In this document: positions 26,062-32,000 of the stretch, piece by piece
How the letters are laid out: every line of letters begins with the position of its first letter
Numbering within the stretch: position 1 is the stretch's first letter
From: Longivirga aurantiaca
GTDB lineage: Bacteria > Actinomycetota > Actinomycetes > S36-B12 > CAIYMF01
Reading direction: 5' to 3'
Assembly (NCBI RefSeq): GCF_042660085.1
Contig: NZ_JBHSTI010000008.1
Coordinates: 390,001 to 422,000 of the forward strand
Length of the DNA: 32,000 bases
The notes under the pieces: generated by a model
Seen by the model: only the letters and a program-made list of their open reading frames with translations
Told to the model about the DNA's origin: nothing
Databases searched by the model: none
Translations under genes and position numbers: made by a program

Positions 26062-27438
26062 TCAGCCGACCGGCACCGGCGGGATGGTCGAGAGGCCGGC
26101 GGCGAAGCGTGCCTCGCTGACCTCCTCGTCGACCATGCGCCCGTTGAGGTAGTCGTCGTACGCCGCGAGGTCGAAGTGCCCGTGGCCGCAGAGCGCGGTG
26201 AGGATGACGGTCTCCTCGCCGGTCTCCTTCGCCTTGAGCGCCTCGCGGATCGCGACGGCGAGCGCGTGCGTCGGCTCGGGCGCGGGGACGATGCCCTCGG
26301 TGCGTGCGAACTGCACGGCGGCCGAGAAGCACTCGGTCTGCGGGATCGCCTGGGCCTCCATCATCCCGAGCTCGTACACGTGCGAGATGAGCGGCGACAT
26401 GCCGTGGTAGCGCAGGCCGCCCGCGTGGATCGGGTCCGGGATGAAGTCGTGCCCGAGGGTGTGCATCTTCATGAGCGGCGTCATGCCGGCGCTGTCGCCG
26501 AAGTCGTACGCGTAGACGCCGTGCGTGAGCGACGGGCAGGACGCCGGCTCTGCGGCGATGATCCTGGGCGAGATCCGGCCCGCGAGCTTCTCGCGCAGGA
26601 ACGGGAACGACAGGCCGCCGAAGTTGGAGCCGCCGCCGGTGCAGCCGACGATGTGGGTCGGGGTGTCGCCCGCCTTCGCCATCTGCAGCAGCGCCTCCTC
26701 GCCGATGATCGTCTGGTGCAGGAGCACGTGGTTGAGCACGCTGCCGAGCGCGTAGCGGGTGTCGGGGTCCGACGCCGCCACCTCGACGGCCTCGGAGATC
26801 GCGATGCCGAGCGAGCCCGAGAAGTTCGCCGGGTCCTCGAGGAACTTGCGACCCGCCGCGGTGAGGTTGGAGGGGGAGCGGTGAACGGTGCCGCCGAACG
26901 CCTCGATCATGAGACGGCGGTAGGGCTTGCTGTCGTACGACGAGCCCACCTGCCACACCTCGCACTCGAGGCCGTAGAGCGCGGCCGCGAACGACAGCGC
27001 GGTGCCCCACTGCCCGGCGCCGGTCTCCGTCGTGAGCTTCTTCACGCCGGCCTTCTTGTTGTAGTAGGCCTGCGGCACCGCGGTGTTCGGCTTGTGCGAG
27101 CCGGCCGGCGAGACGCCCTCGTACTTGTAGTAGATGCGTGCGGGGGTGCCGAGCGCCTCCTCGAGCCGGTGCGCGCGGAAGAGCGGAGACGGCCTCCACT
27201 GGCGGTACACGTCGAGGACGCCGCCCGGGATCTCGACGTACCTGTCCTGCGTGACCTCTTGCATGATGAGGTCCATCGGGAACAGGGGCGCGAAGTCCTC
27301 CGGGCCTGCGGGCTGCAGCGTTCCGGGGTGCAGGGCCGGCGGCGGCGGGGTCGGCAGATCGGCCACGAGGTTGTACCAGGTGGTCGGCATCTCGTCCTCG
27401 TCGAGCGTGTACTTGTGCCGGCGCACCGTGTCGTCCAT
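26062..27438 (-). CDS. trpB2: TrpB-like tryptophan synthase beta chain (TrpB2 type)
   Basis: MDDTVRRHKYTLDEDEMPTTWYNLVADLPTPPPPALHPGT ... YEGVSPAGSHKPNTAVPQAYYNKKAGVKKLTTETGAGQWGTALSFAAA ... CTGGGSNFGG. Confidence 0.95.
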   Translation of the reverse strand: MDDTVRRHKYTLDEDEMPTTWYNLVADLPTPPPPALHPGTLQPAGPEDFAPLFPMDLIMQEVTQDRYVEIPGGVLDVYRQWRPSPLFRAHRLEEALGTPARIYYKYEGVSPAGSHKPNTAVPQAYYNKKAGVKKLTTETGAGQWGTALSFAAALYGLECEVWQVGSSYDSKPYRRLMIEAFGGTVHRSPSNLTAAGRKFLEDPANFSGSLGIAISEAVEVAASDPDTRYALGSVLNHVLLHQTIIGEEALLQMAKAGDTPTHIVGCTGGGSNFGGLSFPFLREKLAGRISPRIIAAEPASCPSLTHGVYAYDFGDSAGMTPLMKMHTLGHDFIPDPIHAGGLRYHGMSPLISHVYELGMMEAQAIPQTECFSAAVQFARTEGIVPAPEPTHALAVAIREALKAKETGEETVILTALCGHGHFDLAAYDDYLNGRMVDEEVSEARFAAGLSTIPPVPVG

Positions 27439-27493
27439 CGACCTCACCCATCCACGTGTGCGGGGCGCTGGTCGCCCCGCGGTGAGGCCGAAC

Positions 27494-27850
27494 CTAGTGC
27501 GAGTCGCGCGAGTGCGCCCGGCGGTTCGACGAGGTGTCCCTGGCTGTTCCGTCGTGGGGCGGCAGCACGATCCGTGCGACGCCGGAGTCGAGGTCGACGG
27601 TGCTGCGCGGAGGGGCGGCGTCGCCGTCCTCGTCGCGCTTGATCTCCAGGAACTCGTCGTGCTCCCGCTTGTGCCGGGTGGAGGGAGCGAGCGCGAGGCC
27701 GAGCACGTCGAAGCCCGCCGCCGCGACCTTCGGTCGGCCCTTCTCCCCGGTCCGTGCGTTGCGGCGTCGGGTGGCGACGACGTCGACCACCGCGACGACA
27801 ATCAGCAGCACGACCAGCGCAGGCAGGGTCATGGCCCAGAGGTTCCCCAT
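27494..27850 (-). CDS. Small membrane protein (DUF6191-like)
   Basis: MGNLWAMTLPALVVLLIVVAVVDVVATRRRNARTGEKGRPKVAAAGFDVLGLALAPSTRHKREHDE; start overlaps the upstream stop (TGATG). Confidence 0.65.
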   Translation of the reverse strand: MGNLWAMTLPALVVLLIVVAVVDVVATRRRNARTGEKGRPKVAAAGFDVLGLALAPSTRHKREHDEFLEIKRDEDGDAAPPRSTVDLDSGVARIVLPPHDGTARDTSSNRRAHSRDSH

Positions 27851-28149
27851 CAGGTCGCCCCCAGCCGCGCGAGCACCTCGTGGATCTGGTGCGCGAGCTC
27901 GACGTCGAGCTGCGTCGTCCCGCCCTCGCTGTGCGTCGACAGCGTGATCCGCAGCGTGCGCCACCGGATATCGATGTCGGGGTGGTGGTCCATGTGCTCG
28001 GCGAGCTGGGCGATCTCGTCGACCCCACGGATCGCGGTGAGGAAGTCGGGCAGCTCGTAGTCGCGGTGGAGCGCCGCGCCGTCGCCCACCCACCCCGGCA
28101 GGGCGGTCAGCTGGCGCGCGATCTCCTCGTCGTCGAGCAGCCTGGCCAT
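27850..28149 (-). CDS. 4a-hydroxytetrahydrobiopterin (pterin-4a-carbinolamine) dehydratase
   Basis: GWVGDGAALHRDYELPDFLTAIRGVDEIAQLAEHMDHHPDIDIRWRTLRITLSTHSEGGTTQLDVELAHQI. Confidence 0.93.
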   Translation of the reverse strand: MARLLDDEEIARQLTALPGWVGDGAALHRDYELPDFLTAIRGVDEIAQLAEHMDHHPDIDIRWRTLRITLSTHSEGGTTQLDVELAHQIHEVLARLGAT

Positions 28150-28223
28150 GCCTCCACGGTCGCACCCGGGGACGCCCGAGTCCACCGTCGATCGCGTCAG
28201 TCCGCGTCTGGCAGAGTCGCGGC

Positions 28224-29492
28224 ATGGACGACGCCCCCACCCACGTGACGGCCGACGGACGACGGGTGGTCGTGGCCGCTGCGATCGAGAGCCGCGGGCG
28301 CCTGCTCGCCGCTCGGCGCTCGCGCCCGGAGTCGCTCGCGGGGGGATGGGAGCTGCCGGGCGGCAAGGTGGAGCCCGGGGAGGACCCGGCCCGCGCGCTC
28401 GTTCGCGAGCTGCTCGAGGAGCTCGGCGTCGACATCGAGGTGGTCGGCGCGGTGCACGGCCCGGACGGCGGCGACTGGCCGCTCGACGACCGGTCGGTCC
28501 TGCGCGTGCTGCGTGCGCGGATCGACCGGGGCGATCCCGAGGCCGGCGTCGCCCACGACGAGGTGCGCTGGCTCGCGCCGCGCGAGCTCGGCTCGGTTCC
28601 CTGGCTCGAGCCCGATGTGGCCCCGGCCGCAGCCGCTGCCCTGCGGATCGACACGTGGGTCGACTTCCCCGCCGGCGCGCTCGAGGGCGAGGGTGTCGTG
28701 GTGCGCTCGGACGTCCAGGAGGACGGACGCGTCGCGGTCGTCGTCGACCGGACTCCGTTCCACCCCCTCGACCACAGCTGGCCCGACCAGCCGGGCGACA
28801 CCGGCCTCGTCGCGGGAGCCCACGTCGTCGACTCCGTCATGGGCGCGATCGACGACGAGGGCGCGCTGCTGCTCGGCGACGCGGTCGGCGTACGCAGGGG
28901 GGACCCGAGCCGCACGTGGGTGGTGGCGCACCTGCTGGGGGCCGGCTCGGTCGCGCCCGGCGCCGGCGACGTGGTGCCGCTCGCGGTGGACCCGGCCCGG
29001 CGGGCGGCGTACTCCCGCGGGCACTCGGCCTGCCACCTCGCGGCGCTGGCGCTCAACGAGGCCAGCGCCCGGTTCTGGACCAAGGAGCCGCCGCGGCGCG
29101 ACTCGCGCGGCTTCCCGTTCCTGGACCAGATCGCGATCCAGGTGTCGCGGATCGAGCCCGACGCGGCGTACGACGCCTACCGGTGCGGCAAGTCGCTGCG
29201 CAAGGCCGGCTTCGACTCGGCGTCGTTCCTCGAGGCGCTGGACGACGTCGCGGGGGAGGCCCACGTGCTGCTCGACGCCTGGGTGGCCACCGGCGCGGTG
29301 AGCCGGCTCGAGACCGACGGCGACCCCACGCTGTCGGCCCGGCGGCGCTGGGTCTGTGACGTGCCCGGAGGCCCCGCGGTGATCCCCTGCGGCGGCACGC
29401 ACGTGTCCGACCTCTCAGCGCTCGGCACGGTCCGTGTCTCGTACGCCCCCACCCCCGACGGCTTCGAGCAACGCACCGACGTCACCCGATAA
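28224..29492 (+). CDS. Nudix hydrolase fused to an AlaX-like (AlaRS/ThrRS second additional domain) C-terminal region
   Basis: Nudix box GGKVEPGEDPARALVRELLEELGV; C-terminal SRGHSACHLAALALNEA (HxxxH, H267/H271) and VIPCGGTHVSDLSALG (CxxxH, C389/H393). Confidence 0.88.
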   Translation: MDDAPTHVTADGRRVVVAAAIESRGRLLAARRSRPESLAGGWELPGGKVEPGEDPARALVRELLEELGVDIEVVGAVHGPDGGDWPLDDRSVLRVLRARIDRGDPEAGVAHDEVRWLAPRELGSVPWLEPDVAPAAAAALRIDTWVDFPAGALEGEGVVVRSDVQEDGRVAVVVDRTPFHPLDHSWPDQPGDTGLVAGAHVVDSVMGAIDDEGALLLGDAVGVRRGDPSRTWVVAHLLGAGSVAPGAGDVVPLAVDPARRAAYSRGHSACHLAALALNEASARFWTKEPPRRDSRGFPFLDQIAIQVSRIEPDAAYDAYRCGKSLRKAGFDSASFLEALDDVAGEAHVLLDAWVATGAVSRLETDGDPTLSARRRWVCDVPGGPAVIPCGGTHVSDLSALGTVRVSYAPTPDGFEQRTDVTR

Positions 29493-29701
29493 GGACAGAG
29501 CCAGCCCTCCAGGGGCGTCTTCCGCCCTTGTCCCAGCGCGTCGTCGTCGACCATTGGCCGGAGCTCGGCTGGGAGTCTCCGGACAGAATCGGCCCCTCAC
29601 GGGCGTGTTGTGCCCTGAGCGGGGGACGTCGGGCGGTCGGGGGAGGGGCGGTTCGCCGGTAGACTGGGCGCGATTCCCCGTCTTCGACCCCGAGGTCACC
29701 C

Positions 29702-31591
<1,890 letters not shown>

Positions 31592-31618
31592 CCGGCCGGC
31601 CAGCCGACCCGCCGCACC

Positions 31619-31651
31619 GAGGAGCCCGCGACGCGACGTCGCGGGCTCCTC
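31619..31651 (+). terminator. Terminator hairpin downstream of typA
   Basis: Perfect 14-bp arms GAGGAGCCCGCGAC-GCGAC-GTCGCGGGCTCCTC. Confidence 0.8.
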
Positions 31652-31810
31652 GCGTTCCCGCACGCGCGCCGACCTGCGGCGATACGGTGACGCCCGTCAC
31701 ATCGAGACCCGATTCCGGCCGAATCGTCACAGTCAGGTGCCGCGGGTATGTCGGAATGGTCCCGATCCGCCCCCCCGCGGTCACGATCCGGTCACGGGGG
31801 TGAGCGTGGC

Positions 31811-31839
31811 TTCATCCGTCCGTTGGGATGACATAGGTT
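31811..31839 (+). promoter_or_regulatory. Candidate promoter of the partial right-edge gene
   Basis: TTCATC (31811-31816), N17, TAGGTT (31834-31839). Confidence 0.35.
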
Positions 31840-31951
31840 TCCCGAGGTCCCGGGGTTGGGGGCGAGCCGGTGACCCCGGCAATCGTCCGTACGCCGATCT
31901 CGGGAACGACAGGTCTTCCCGGAACCAGACAGGAAGGCAACAGGTTCTCCA

Positions 31952-32000
31952 TGACCGTGCCTCTCGACACCGAGCGCCGCGACGACGACGCGCCGGCGAT
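31952..32000 (+). CDS. 5' end of a gene running off the window (MTVPLDTERRDDDAPA...), product unassigned
   Basis: ATG at 31952 with open frame to the edge; CAGGAAGG upstream; too short for family assignment. Confidence 0.35.

Noticed and set aside
25976-27451. 491-aa minus-strand ORF over trpB2
   Set aside because: Alternate frame of trpB2; no domain signature.
25941-27642. 3' part of the 704-aa ORF starting at 25528
   Set aside because: Antisense to trpB2 and shows no coherent domain; only 25633-25940 resembles a real protein.

Overview
High-GC actinobacterial chromosomal segment (Micrococcales-like by codon usage and gene content; genus not determined) carrying mostly single-copy housekeeping and regulatory genes: M16-like peptidase, YjbR-like protein, DUF1707 protein, quinone oxidoreductase, glpX, HTH-TOBE protein, DUF4245-like protein, xseB/xseA, ispH, DUF6542-like protein, rmuC, a TipAL-type MerR regulator, two PadR regulators, ychF, an acyltransferase, a cupin, a DUF1992 protein, IclR regulator, aldehyde dehydrogenase, PhnA-like protein, trpB2, phhB, a Nudix protein and typA. 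No rRNA, tRNA, CRISPR or complete mobile element was recognised. The most unusual locus is a compact minus-strand cluster at 20199-24866: an exported subtilisin-like (S8) protein whose last 143 residues place an aromatic residue at every fifth position (28 Trp, 1 Phe; 13 AHRWS copies), followed one base later by a membrane GAF/PAS histidine kinase and a stand-alone receiver protein. The second is a single ORF (28224-29492) joining a complete Nudix box to an AlaX-like tRNA-editing signature (HxxxH ... CGGTH). Also notable: a truncated P-type ATPase remnant beside trpB2, two perfect long hairpins of unusually low GC, recurrent -10-like hexamers 6 nt from start codons (leaderless signature), compact MerR/PadR operator architectures, and a possible structured leader at the right edge. 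All family calls come from reading motifs; no database or folding run was possible.
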